Source: Octopus vulgaris
Taxonomy: Eukaryota
Direction of reading: 5' to 3'
NCBI GenBank assembly: GCA_951406725.2
Contig: OX597836.1
Span: forward strand, 21,204,001-21,268,000
Length of the DNA: 64,000 nt
Numbering within the stretch: the stretch's first letter is position 1; each line of letters begins with the position of its first letter. This document shows, piece by piece, positions 1 through 13,154 of the stretch. The notes below the pieces were generated by a model. It worked only from the letters and a program-made list of their open reading frames with translations. It made no database searches and was not told the origin of the DNA. Both the position numbers and the translations under genes were made by a program.

Positions 1-1690
1 ACAGTATTTAAAACTGTTTGAAAGAAAGGAAGGAAAACAGAAAAAAAAACAGAAAACAACAGTTTATAATTTATGATAAATTTTGTTATTTCAGGGTTAA
101 GACCTATTTATAAAGGCAAACCAGGAACAAGGAATTAAGTATTAACTTCAAATTTTGGGACAAGGCCAGCAATTTCAGGGTAGGGTGTGAGTTGATTTAC
201 TGACCCCCAGTGATCAACTGGTACTTATTTTATTGACCTTGAAAGAATGAAAGGGAAAGTTGACCTTGGCAGAATTTGAACTCAGAACATAAAGCCAGAT
301 GAAATGCTGGAAGAGCCTGCTGTGTTAACGATTTTACCAGCTCGTTGCCTTATAAGGAATCAAATATTAATCACATCATCAGTATCATATTATGAGGAAG
401 TGTGTCTTTCACTGAAGAGGTTTAATAAAAACACAAAAGAATCCCCAAAATGGGGGAAGAGCATCTACAAACAAAATAGGTTGATTCAGAAGAGCACTCC
501 ACACACAACCCCAAGGTACCCTGATGCACCAAAGACAAGTGAGTGAGTTTTTTCTTTTAGCCTGCAACTACCTAAGCTCATTTGGCTGTGCCAATTTTAT
601 CCAAACTCACCTAACTTTCAAAAAATTTTCTGGGGGTGCTGTACCTCCTGTGCCAAATTTAGCCTAATTCACCAAATCTAATAAAATTTGCTGGGGAAGG
701 GGTGGGTGCAGAACTTCCTCCTCTATCCTCACCTTCATTTTCATGCAGTATTTGAAGAAGCTGAAGGAGGTTATGTGAAAACTAAATCTAAGAAGTTACG
801 TCAACAGTTGTCAAATGGCACAATGTATATATTTAAAAGTATAATTTATGACTTCAGAAAATACATATTAATAAGTCTTGAAAAACCTGCTATATTACTC
901 ATAACTTTGTTATATGCAAATACATGACTAATACAACAAGGTAGGAAATAGTTTTCAGGAGTAGCAGAACCATTAAAGCATCAGGTAAAATTCCTTGCCA
1001 TATGTATTACAACTGTTTACATTCAGAGTTCAAATTCTGCCTATTTGAGGTTTTGTGCCTATGTACGATATCTGTTTTGATTTTACCTAAACTGTTTGCA
1101 AAGTGCATCAGTTTGATGTCACCATTTCAATGTCCACTTTTCCATGCTTCCATGGGTCAGATGGCATTTATCATGCTTGATTTTCTAAGACTATGTCCTC
1201 CCTATTGACAATCCTCACCTGTTTACAAGCAAACTAATATATCCCCATGGCCAGATATGTTTCCACAGAATATTGGAAATTAATAACATTACTTGTATGA
1301 TAGTGATGCTCATTTGCAATTATCATGCAACAACAGGCTTGTTTGAGTTTTCGTCTACCCAATCTATTCACAAGGTTTTTGGTTGGCCTGAGGCTGCAGC
1401 AGAAGACACAAGCTCAAGATGCCATACAGTGGGATTGAACTTGAAACTATGAGCTTGGAAAGCAGACTTCTTAACCACACACACACACACACACACCACA
1501 TACATCACAACCTCATCGGGAAAGAAAAGGGTAAAGAATTAGAGGCGTGGGGACATTTTTTACCTAGTATTCCTGTTTTGCACAATGAGAACAATATTCC
1601 GAAAGAATATTTTCCCTCCCCCCCAATTTTTTTCTTTAGCATTTTTCATCCCCCTACCCCCGCTCAATTCTGCGAGTACTACAACATTAA

Positions 1691-1906
1691 TCCCTTAGCA
1701 TTCAGATTATTCTATCAAATGTAATGCTTACTCATTCACATTGGAAATAATCATACATTATCTTATAGCTTGAAGATTTTAATGATGTGATTGTTTATTT
1801 TCAGAATGCCATTGTAGGATATAGATATGAAACCAGATTTGGTCAGCTTAGACATAAAACAACCAGAATATTTGGGCCGGATACAGCCAGTTTGAATGCT
1901 AAAGGG
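1691..1906. mobile_element. piggyBac-like MITE
   Basis: TIR (T/C)CC(C/T)TTAGCATTCA ... TGAATGCTAAAGGG, flanked by TTAA on both sides. Confidence 0.75.
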
Positions 1907-2267
1907 TTAAACAAACACCCAACTATCAAGCTGATAAGAAAAGTATTCCATCTCCAATCACCTATTAGAATCTCCTGCTTGAAGAAGTATAATCTTATCT
2001 GTACATATGGAAAAAAAAAATGGGAAAAATTAGTAATAGTGGGTAGACATATTAAGAAAGAATTAGAGTTGAATAAAGTTTTGTAGTTAACGTGACAAAA
2101 CTCATGGCAATCATCATGTAACATCCATTTTTCCATGGATGTTACATGGGTCATACAGAATTTGATGAGGCAAATTTTCTATGGCTAGATGCTCTTCCTA
2201 TCACCAACCTTCACCTGTTTCCAGACAAGGTAATATTTCCCATGGCCAGACACAGAAGACTAGAAAC

Positions 2268-2670
2268 GGATCTTTTCAGTTTGAACGGCAGTTTTTCTAG
2301 CAGTGTCATATGAAATTGTCACCCATAATTATGACCCTAGTATTGATCTATTGCATTTCAATCTGTTTTAGGATTAGGGTTAGGGTATCTTTTTTTCTTC
2401 AGAAATGTAAATAAACCCAATCTGTTTCTTAAACGAGGGACATATTCATACGGCACAGAATGTTTTCACCTCAATAGACGTCATTGATTGGTTGAAATTG
2501 CAGAAACTGAAGAAAAAAAACAACAAATATCTTACAAACTGTAGAATTTTCTCAATAAAGCCAAGAGAAAAAGATGTTTTATAAACACATTCTACCAGTA
2601 TACGAAGTTTAAAAGTGTTTAATTACGTGGAAATTATTTAAAAAAACTGCCGTTCAAACCGAAAAGATCC
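2268..2670. mobile_element. MITE with GG..CC termini and 8-bp TSD (Merlin/MULE-like)
   Basis: TIR of about 29 bp (GGATCTTTTCAGTTTGAACGGCAGTTTTT). Perfect TSD CTAGAAAC at 2260-2267 and 2671-2678. Confidence 0.8.
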
Positions 2671-4793
2671 CTAGAAACAAACAACATTGCTTGTATGATT
2701 GTAATACTCATTTGCAACCGTCACATGTCATGAAAAGAGTATACACACACGACAGGCTTCAATTGGCCAGGAGCAAAACAAAGTCACTTGCCCAAGGTTC
2801 TGCAGAGTTGGACTGGACCTGAGACCACATGGTTGAAAAAGCCAGCTCCTTAACCAGACAGCCACGCCTGCACTTATAATAATCCTTTCTACTATAAGAA
2901 CAAGGCCTGAAATTCTGGGGGAAGGGTCAGGCAAGTCGATTACATCAACCCCAGTATTCAATTGGTACTTAATTTATCGATCCCGAAAGGATGAAAGGCA
3001 AAGTCGACCTCGGCAGAATTTGAACTCAGAACGTAATAATAACATGATGTTATTTTGTCCTGGGTCGACTCTGAACAAGTTGCTAACTGCACTCTGTGTA
3101 GAAAGAAGAATTAAACAGCCTTAACTACCGTATTATGGTATATTTTATAGACATGTATATAGTACATCTTAAATATATGGGGATTTCACATAAGTAAATA
3201 CTTCATGAACCAATGAGGGAGCCAGTGATTAATTACTAAGACTTATTTAAACTGACTTAATTGTCATTTTACATTTTATAATAATAAAACACCTCCCTCA
3301 AGGGCGATTTTTCTTTTTGACTTGCAGGACTGTCAACAACCATATTGGCCCCATATGATCGAATTTTGACAGTTCTGAGATGTATCATAAAAGGATGTCT
3401 AAATATGTGTGTTCCCCACCACCACTTGACAACCGATGGTGGTGTGTTTACGTCCCCGTAAGTTAGCGGTTCGGCAAAACGGATCGATAGAAAACGAGTA
3501 CAGGCTTTTAAAAAATAAGTAATGAAGGTCAATTCATTCAACTAAAACTTTTTCAAGGCGGTGCCCCAGTATGGCCCCAGTCAACTGATTTAGGGAGTCC
3601 TACAGGTTTCTATGTAATTCCTTCGTTTTATACAGAGGGTCGCCGATTACGCATTTATTCGATTTGTTTACCAATCTGTCCGTCCTTTTTCTAAGCCGGT
3701 ATGATGTACTTTGAAGGAGATTTGGCATCTATTTCTAGTAGAACGAACGACCATTGCGGACGTCCATCGTTGGCCAATTAAACAGTGTCAGTTAGTGACT
3801 GTCAACTTTTTAATTAATTACACAAGGAGATAAACAAATGGAATTTCTTTCAAAAATAGTGTGACTTACAGCAAGAATTTATATCGTTTATATCTTAAGG
3901 CCAACGTGAAGTGAAAACAGATAAATAATGTAAACTATTCTATTTTATTTCATTTTTATCTTATTCGACGGAATGGGGGTAGAGAAAGAAAGTTCAAGGG
4001 TTACACGAAAAACAAGCAAGTTTATCTATTCAGGATATTATAGACAAAAGATAATGACTGGATAATGAAGAAGAAATAAAAATAGAGGTAGAATAATCAA
4101 ACATTTCTTTTTATTGTCGAGTGCACATGTTGAATTTTCTTCCCAGACGATAGCTTGATTCACACTTGTTCTCCGAGTCGGACATTAACTGTAAAAGAAA
4201 GAACCAACGAGGGAAGGGTCTTGGCTCTACGTAATTACAAGACATGCTAGAGATAGCAGCTAAATCTCCCTCAAATCACACCATAGTCTTTAAAAAGTGA
4301 AAGAGTAGATATACTAAGTTGGAAAAAAAAAAACGTATTAGACACGTTATTATCTTAATAAAACATCGTGCCGACAGATGGAACTTACGGTTAAACAAAT
4401 GAAGCTACTAGAAATAGCAGCCGAATCTCACTCTACCATCATTAAGTAATAGGGTAGATAGAATATAAGCTAAGTCTGGAAAAAGTATTAGTTACGTTGT
4501 TTAATAAATAAAGCAAGGTGACTACTCATGAGTGAGGTACAAAAGAAACGCATTGTAATAATGTAATCCTAAATATAGCATAAAATGCAATGGCCATGCC
4601 TGGAATGTCTAAGTATCCTTGTTTTTAACAGTCCTGACTTCAAATGGATCTTTCCTTTTAATAGACCTTTATGTATACAGGTGTATGTATATAGTTATGT
4701 CTGGGATTTTTTTAGTGGGTGGGGGTGAAGGTCGAATTAGGAATTTAAACTTCGTGAATTCATTTTTGAGGCGAATACCTAATTATTTCTTTT

Positions 4794-5209
4794 GGGCAAT
4801 CTTTCGTCTCTAGTAGACCTTTCCGTCGATTTCCGTAAAAATTTTTTTTTTTTTACATATGGGCTTGCGGGAACTTTTGAAGTAATGAGAGCGAAAGAGA
4901 CTAAGAGAAAGCGATTGTATGACGAGGGAAGTTCCTTTGAAGTTACCGTGCATGGGAGCATTGATGGACATGTGTGTGTGTTTGATGGGATGTGGGAGAC
5001 AGACAGTATGTTGTGTAAGTGAAGTGCTTCTGTTAGTGTGTGTGAAGAGACAGAGTAATGTGTGAAAGAAAGAGATAACTGAAATTTTTTACTCGGTGTA
5101 TGTGTATATGTATGTATATTACTTCAAAAGTTACCGCAAGCCCATATGTAAAAAAAAAATTTTTTTACGGAAATCGACGGAAAGGTCTACTAGAGACGAA
5201 AGATCGCCC
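4794..5209. mobile_element. MITE/foldback element with long (~95 bp) TIRs
   Basis: GGGCAATCTTTCGTCTCTAGTAGACCTTTCCGTCG... is mirrored at about 5117-5209. No clear TSD. Confidence 0.75.
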
Positions 5210-5719
5210 TAAAATTCGTAATTGGAAAAAGAAAATTAAACAAAAATAAAACAATCATTTAAAATTATAAAAATTAATTAGAAAAATAACGAAACCCCCC
5301 CCCCCAACTCGAGAAAACAAATCATTAACAAAATGTCTACTTATATAAAGGGTCGTATCAAAAGATTAATTTGAATTTAGGGCCGTAAAAATGAAGAGAC
5401 GTGAATAAACTTTCAATAAAAAAAATAGTGGGCGTAAGTTGAGACCTTCTCGACTACAAATGGAATAATTTCTACCCCGTTGCTTAGTCCTGCTAAGGAT
5501 AGCGGTTAAATCTTCCTCAAACATCATGTCCTACCTTAAGGAAGGTGGGGGGAAAAAACTGGGGAACACTAATAATGTAATCCTAAATATACCAAAAATA
5601 TATGAAAATAAATGGTATGGTCACGCCAGGAACGGCTTGGGTAACAAGCTAGTGTGTTGTTTTAATCAGGACTGACTGGTCGTGGGGTGTAAGTGAGGAG
5701 TATCAACCGAACAACTTAC

Positions 5720-5960
5720 CTGTTGCATGAAGGAAACCCTGAATGCTGAAGACCAAGTAAAAGATAGGCAAAAATATAAAGGAGGGGAGATGGGGGAATA
5801 AGGTTAAATTAATTAATTAACTTTTTAAAATCAATTTTCTATAGCAAATAATTACGACTGTTCCCCGTTACTCCTGCCAACAGTAAAATATTTCAAAAAT
5901 GTTGTCAATCAAAATTTGAAAAAAGAATATCACCGGGGTTAATTACTCAGTGACGCCATA
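5720..5960 (-). other. Candidate untranslated first exon of a minus-strand gene continuing off the left edge
   Basis: Perfect minus-strand donor CAG|GTAAGT at 5720/5719 in non-repetitive DNA. A strong minus-strand pyrimidine tract plus CAG acceptor lies at 14-60. The 5' boundary is a guess. Confidence 0.35.
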
Positions 5961-8188
5961 TGCATAAGAAAATGACAGTTGTTGAAATAAATGACAACCA
6001 ACTTATGTCATTTGGTTCCTTTGAGTTATTTCCATTGTCTCGTTCTATTTAATTTATTCGTTGTTAGCGGGAAAAAACCTATTAGATGAGAATCAAAACT
6101 TCGAAGGGAGAAAGGGAGAAAGAAGAAAAAAACTTCAAATCACCACATGAGGTAGAGAAATAGTAATAGACAATGTTCTTATTTAGTACCAAGTCAGTAC
6201 CGATCTCTGATCAAAAGCATTTATATCCACGACAAACCCTTTTTTTATTTAGATTTAGAGTATATACATTATTCAGTTTCTTGTTGCGGCAGACCCAGGT
6301 TAGTCTAAATTGGTTAAGTCTATGATCAAAACCGTTCCAATCACGACCACAACATCAAGGACAGGACATTATTCAATACGTCCTTTTTTTTTATATAAGA
6401 AAGGGTGCGATTCACAATGTATTTTTTTTACACTACTAACAAGAATTAAATATAAATATGTCAGCCAGTAAAGTTTCTGAGAAGTTTTGTTTTGCGACAG
6501 GTGGTTGAAGAAAAAAGTAACACACACATTGAACAAGCAAGTGTTAAAAAGAAGGAGGTATCGTCGAAATAATATTTTAGGAATTCCATTACTAACACAA
6601 TACCGTGAATGCGGTTAAGAGGAACGAGAAGAGAGATTAAATGTAGGAAGGCCAAAGATAAAAGAGAGCGTCAGGGAAGGAGGGGACGAATGGAGATAGT
6701 GAATAACAGGTAAAGCAAAACAGTAAGGAAGGGGTAATAAGACGATTAAAAAAGAACTCATATAAGAGGTAAATATGTTCTTAACACAAGTCAATTCTGG
6801 AATAGACCCCAGACGAAAGGTATTCCCTATCGTCTTTCTTGTGTGTGTGTGGGGGGGGGCTTCTGGCTACCTGTCAATCAATCCATCTATATTTTTTTTT
6901 GTTCTTTTCTTCTCTTTTACGATCCCTCTTGATCGAAAACCAACGCCTCCCCTTTTTTTTTCTTTTGTTTTTTGTTTTTTTCATCCCCCAAAAGAAGAGC
7001 TCTACCTTGTAACTTGTCCCATCTGTGTGCAGCCCTGTGTGGCCAATAAAGAAACTTATATTTAAGGCTAACGGTTTTTGATTTAAGCACAAATCCAGTA
7101 ATTTTGAGAGGAGAGGGTTAGTCAATATCATCGACCTTAGTATTTGACTGGTACTTTAGTTTATTGACCCCGAAGGGATGAAAAGCAAAGTTTACATTGC
7201 CGGGATTTGGACTCAAGAATGTAAAGGGCCAAAACAAAAACTGCAAAGTATTTTCCCGATTTTCCAATAACTGTACCAGCCCGCAGCCTTTTATGTTTCA
7301 AGTTTTGGCACAAGGCCATCAGTTTTAGGGAGAGGACTCAATCGATATCATCGATCCCAGTGCTCAACTGGTACATATTTTATCGATCCGGAAAGGATGA
7401 AACATAAAAGTCGAGCTCGAACCAGAAAAATAAAACAGAGGACGTTAAGTATCAATAAATCAAGTATAAAAAGACATCGGTGATAACCAAAAGTGTATGC
7501 ATAGTACACAGGATAAAACAACAAAAACTGAAAAAGGAACAGTAAAAGAACCATAAAAAGGAAAGGGTGCATGGGTACGTCAGGAGTAGTGTTGGCAAAT
7601 TTCGGAAAAACATGGGATTTAAGGATGCAGTGTCCTGACAGCTAACAACCGACATGGATAGTTTATTCTATGCTTTCCTTTCCATATCGGCTAACTCTGA
7701 TAAGTATAAGGGTATAAAATCGGATTGTTGCCTAACACTCCGTTGTATTCCTAGTGCGAAACCGACTGGTAAGATCAGCCGTGATGTATATATAACACTG
7801 TGCATTTCGGATTATATATATATGTATATATTAACCGAAAATGTACAGTATTATATATCCATTACGGCCGATTTTACAAATCGGTTTCGCACTAGGGGTC
7901 CAACGGAGTATTATGTAACATCCCCATAATATAACCCTGTACTCCTCAGAGACGACAGTTATAGAGAATATATATATATATATATATATTACAATGTAAG
8001 TAAAACAGCAGGTATACTATTATATCATCAAGCAATACTGGTTATGGCATGTAACTGGTGAGAATATTACCATTGGCTTTGTGCCAGATATGGTCAGTAG
8101 ACAACATTGATGGCTCTTCAGATAATCGGTACAAATCCAACGGTGCCATTCTGACCAGTTACATGCCATACCCAGTAAAATATTGCCT

Positions 8189-8251
<63 letters not shown>

Positions 8252-9499
8252 ACACAAATGTGGTTTATACCTCATTTGTGTTCTTTTTTTTTACTAACAT
8301 TGCACCGAGAACCAGCCCCGAGTCGGATCTAGTTTAAATTAGATGTGGTATTTACATATCTATAGTATTCTACCAACACCCGTTACTTTCAAGATTGTTT
8401 TACTTCACTGTGAACCCTGTTGCTCTAACTAGCCATTTCTGGCATATTACGTTTTGATGTGGCCAGATTCTACTGAATCCTATATCCAGTGTGTGTGTGT
8501 GTGTTTCATAAGAGGGAGATTGAAAATATTGCCAATAAGTTGCTAACTTTTTGATAAAGTTAAAATGATTATCGCCTATTTTTTAAAACCTGTGTAACAA
8601 GCACAATGACAAAGAAAAAAGTAATATGAGTGCAAATTTTTACTAAGCTGTCGTTAAAATTTCATTAACATTTTATAGCTATATGGGAAGGTCTTTGGTA
8701 TCTGTCAGCGTGAGAAGCCCTGGTGAGGAATATTTGGTTATTTCTAAAAAGATCGAGCACGTTCACTGAGTCAATGACAAAATGAAATAAAAGACAAGAA
8801 CATAGTATAACGGGACGTAAGAGAAATTGGACGACATTGTGTAAGACTATCTATATGTAGGAGAAGGAAATGAAATGGAGATGTGTTGACACGGGAAACC
8901 GACTGTCAATAAATAAAAGAGAGAGAAGAAACATTAGGTCGAAAGGTGAAACGAGTAGACATTCAGTGACATTGAAATAGGCCATTTATATACACACATT
9001 TTCATAGCAGTGTATACATGTGCATATATATATATAGACACACACACAGCAGCGTGTAGTGCACACACATTATACAGGTATATATTAATACATACCAGTG
9101 TGTATACATTGTGCATATACATATACACACACACACACACACACAGAGAAAGTGTGTAAACGTCTATGTACAGGTGCAGCCATTTATTATAATTATACAT
9201 TATCAAATGGTTGCCGTTATCTGAAAAGACAAGGCATCCTCCCAAAATGAACACAATAAGCGGCTTTCACTGTATACCCACTCCATACACGCATATTACA
9301 CACACATTCAAACGTGCAAAGCTGTAGACAGCAGGATAGACAGATAGACCAACAGAGATTTTGTGATGTTACAAGTGCAAATATCTGATGGAGAACTCAT
9401 TACGTGAAGTAGAATATATATTGCTAATGTCTATCATACATAAAGTTGACAGTCTACTCTGAGTCTCATCCTGGGTTGAACAGTCGTAATTATATATAT

Positions 9500-9727
9500 A
9501 TTTCTTTACTGCCCACAAGGGGCTAAACATAGAAGGGACAAACGAGGACAGAGAAAGGGATTAAGCCGAGTACATCGACCCCAGTGCGAAACTGGTACTT
9601 TACTTATCGACTCCGAAAGGATGAAAGGCAAAGTCGACCTCGGCGGAATTTGAGCCCTGAACGTAACCGCAGACGAAATACCGCTAGGCATTTCGCCAGG
9701 AGTGCTAACGTTTCTGCCAGCTCGCCG
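9500..9727 (-). mobile_element. SINE-like repeat, family B (AAGGCGGCGAGCTGGCAGA... head)
   Basis: Near-identical to the copies at 31291-31522 (-) and 45552-45784 (+), with many degenerate copies elsewhere. Confidence 0.8.
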
Positions 9728-10163
9728 TAATTATATATATGCACACCGAAGTGTGTGTGTACAGAACGGAAATCAGTTCCCGTGACCCGTTGCAGTGGTT
9801 CCAAAGTGTGGGAGAGAGAGAAAGGCATCCTCAAACCGGAAAACTGGCCCTGATGCTTCTAAGAGTATTGACTCCACTGAAGACAATCATAATGCCACCA
9901 AGTGGTAGAGTTAAAATAGGTAACAGGTTGTGTCTACCACACAAATCGGCCATAACGGGATTTGGACCCAGAGCACAAAGAGCCGGTACAAGTACCCAAA
10001 AAGCAACAGGTCTGACATTCTTGCAGTTCCTCCGATCCACTTCTGGACCTTTTTTATTTGGGGGGGGGGAGGTCGGCTCCGAAAGAATGAAAGGTAAACT
10101 TGGTCTTTTATCCAGCGGAATTTGAACTGAAAGCACAGAGAAGTCGGAACAAATATCGCGAAC

Positions 10164-10321
10164 CAGGGGCGGAAACAGCCGTCCGGTCAATCAGGCACTG
10201 CCCGAGGGCCCGGAGCTGAGGGGCCCACACTCTACATATTAACTCTACTAAAACACACATTCAAAGGAGCCCAGTAAACAGTTTATGCCCGAGAGCCCTT
10301 AATATTCTCAGTCCGCCCATG
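10164..10321. mobile_element. hAT-type MITE
   Basis: TIR CAGGGGCGGA / TCCGCCCATG and 8-bp TSD TCGCGAAC / TCGCAAAC (7/8 match). Confidence 0.75.
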
Positions 10322-10551
10322 TCGCAAACTATCCCGTCTGACGCACTAATGACTCTGCCAACCACACCTGTTTGACGCTTTTTTACCTTATTATACACAC
10401 ATTGTAGGCGAATAATAAACCACGTAGTTAGGGTAATAGTTGTAACCATTAATATCCGAGCCATACAGGTGCACATATACACATTATATATAAAATTTAA
10501 ATTTTCTATTGAAACGTTTATTTGTACCTGGACGACGCGAAATCCTTGCTC

Positions 10552-10585
<34 letters not shown>

Positions 10586-10602
10586 CGGACTGGTCGATCA
10601 AA

Positions 10603-10649
<47 letters not shown>

Positions 10650-10666
10650 CGGACTGGTCGATCAAA

Positions 10667-10712
<46 letters not shown>

Positions 10713-12097
10713 TTTCTGGTGAAGGCCGATTTATGGGGTTACCCTGGGTTTACACACACACAAATTTTGTATGTAATAATAAAAGTATAGACAGGTAAAC
10801 AACTGGTGTCGGGTCAGTTTATAGCATTTGCATATTTATACTACACGGAGAAACGAATATTTTAAGAAGTTTAAATCACAAGTGACCAACAATATATATA
10901 TATAACCCATGCTAGCATGGAAAACGGACGTTAAACGACGATGATGATGATGATGATCCGAAAAAGAAGTACTCTAAAGCATATAGTAGTTATGTACCTA
11001 TATGCAGTTAAGTATATGTCCGGTCATAGTGACCAATGATTTCGCATCCATGGGACTAGGCCCTTTATGGATACGAAACCATTAGTCACTCTATGGCCGA
11101 ATATATACGTAACTGCCATATATATAGAGAGAGAGAGAGACACACACGCCAATATCAAACACAAATAAATAATATATAATATATTTAGTTTTCACTGAAC
11201 ACCTGTATAAGACGGAGAACTAGGATGCTAGCATCCTTTAAAGGATTATAGGTCCTTCACACACATATACTATATATATAGGCGCATGGTTCCGGGTTCA
11301 GTTCCACTGCGTCTCACCTTGGGCAAGTGTCTTTAGCCTCGCGTCGACTAAAGCCTTGTGAGCAGATTTAATAGACGGAAACTGAAAGAAGCCCGTCGTA
11401 TGTGTGTGTGTGTGTATGTCTTGACAACCAATGTTAGTGATCCCGTAACTCAGCGATAGAATAAGTACTAAACTTTAAGAAAAATAAAGTCTTGGCACCG
11501 ATTTGTTCGACTAAAATCCTTCAGGGCGGTATGTTCAAGGGGAAAATCCACACGGTGTGAGTGGCGGGGAGGCTTAAAATTGAAGGTTGAGATTTGTAGG
11601 AAATTGGAGCCACAATTAAAATAAGGATGTCAATACATCGAGTAACAGATGCATTGGTCTGTTTAATGATTAGTGGACTCTTGTAGAAAAACTACTTGTA
11701 GATTCCTGGGTCCCCGAGAATGTCACAGTACTGGTCCTTTAAAATAAAATGCGGGTACATAAGTACGTATATATATATATATATACACACACACCTGTGA
11801 GCAGAGTGAAATATGTGCTTTGTGTGTGTGCGTAGACTCACAAGCCAGCACAATAATGAACTGGCATTTGTAAACAAAAGATTGAATTAATTAAAATAAA
11901 GAAGATAGTTGAGAGTGACTTCGAAGTTTGGTGTACGAATCGCAGCTGATGACGGCTAATGAGTCGAAATTTCGAAGTCACTGTCAATCACTTCCTCAAA
12001 GGGAATTTCTTAGAAACATATTTCGGAAACGTGACACACACACACACACCTATAGACCTCTTCATACGTTTAGAAAATTAGGGCTTTATTAATTTTT

Positions 12098-12699
12098 GGG
12101 CATAGTTTCGGTTATAGTAGCACAGATTTCCGTCGATTTCCGTAAAAAACTTTTATTTTTTTACATAAGTAATGAGAGCGAAAGAGACTAAGAGGAAGCG
12201 ATTTTACGACGAGAAGGTTTCACTTTGAAGTCGGCCTGTGTGTGTTTGATGGGGTGTGGGAGACAGACAGTATGTTGTGTAAGTGAAGTGCTTCTGTTAG
12301 TGTGTGCGAAGAGACAGACATACATATACACATACACCGAGTACATACATACATACATGCACACACACACATACATAGATAGATACATGCATACATACAT
12401 ATACACATACATGCATACATACATATACACATACACCGAGTAAAAAATCAGTTATCTCTCTCTTTCACACATTACTCTCTCTGTCTCTTCACACACACTA
12501 ACAGAAGCACTTCACTTACACAACATACTGTCTGTCTCCCACACCCCATCAAACACACACAGGCCGATTTCAAAGTGAAACCTTCTCGTCATAAAATCGC
12601 TTCCTCTTAGTCTCTTTCGCTCTCATTACTTATGTAAAAAAATAAAAGTTTTTTACGGAAATCGACGGAAATCTGCGCTACGACATGCGAAACTTCGCC
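12098..12699. mobile_element. Foldback element with ~200-bp inverted arms, related to 4794-5209
   Basis: About 12117-12317 is the near-perfect reverse complement of about 12480-12681. The spacer is CATA/CACA microsatellite. Confidence 0.8.
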
Positions 12700-13104
12700 A
12701 ATTTTTGTTTGAATTTCACATCTTTTTAGATAACGAGTATATATATATACGTACAAATAAATTATAGTTAATAGCAACACATTTTTGGGTGCGTTTTTGT
12801 GATTGTTGCATAGGAAGACTAAAGTTTATGAAAACATACACATATATGTGTTTGTATCTACGTATGTATGGTTTGCTTATAAACATTAATAAAATACATC
12901 GGCAATGTTTCGCCTATCCTTCAATTCTATGTTAAAACAGATTAATACATATATATATATTATTCTTTTACTTGTTTCAGTCATACAACTGCGGTGATCA
13001 TGCTGGGGGCATATGTCAATTGTTATAAAGCGGTGTGAGATTGAAGCACACACCTGAGAAAAGTCATTTGTAAACATTTAAAATCTTTGAAAGTGTGTGT
13101 GTAT

Positions 13105-13154
<50 letters not shown>

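Noticed and set aside
304-546. 80-aa ORF ending near a GTGAGT donor-like site
   Set aside because: It starts inside a SINE, has no recognisable homology and has no downstream partner exon.
2371-2386. Interstitial telomere
   Set aside because: Only two TTAGGG units, and they lie inside a MITE.
10556-10700. CRISPR-like repeat-spacer pattern
   Set aside because: Only two repeats, the spacers are pure (TA)n, the context is eukaryotic and there are no cas genes.
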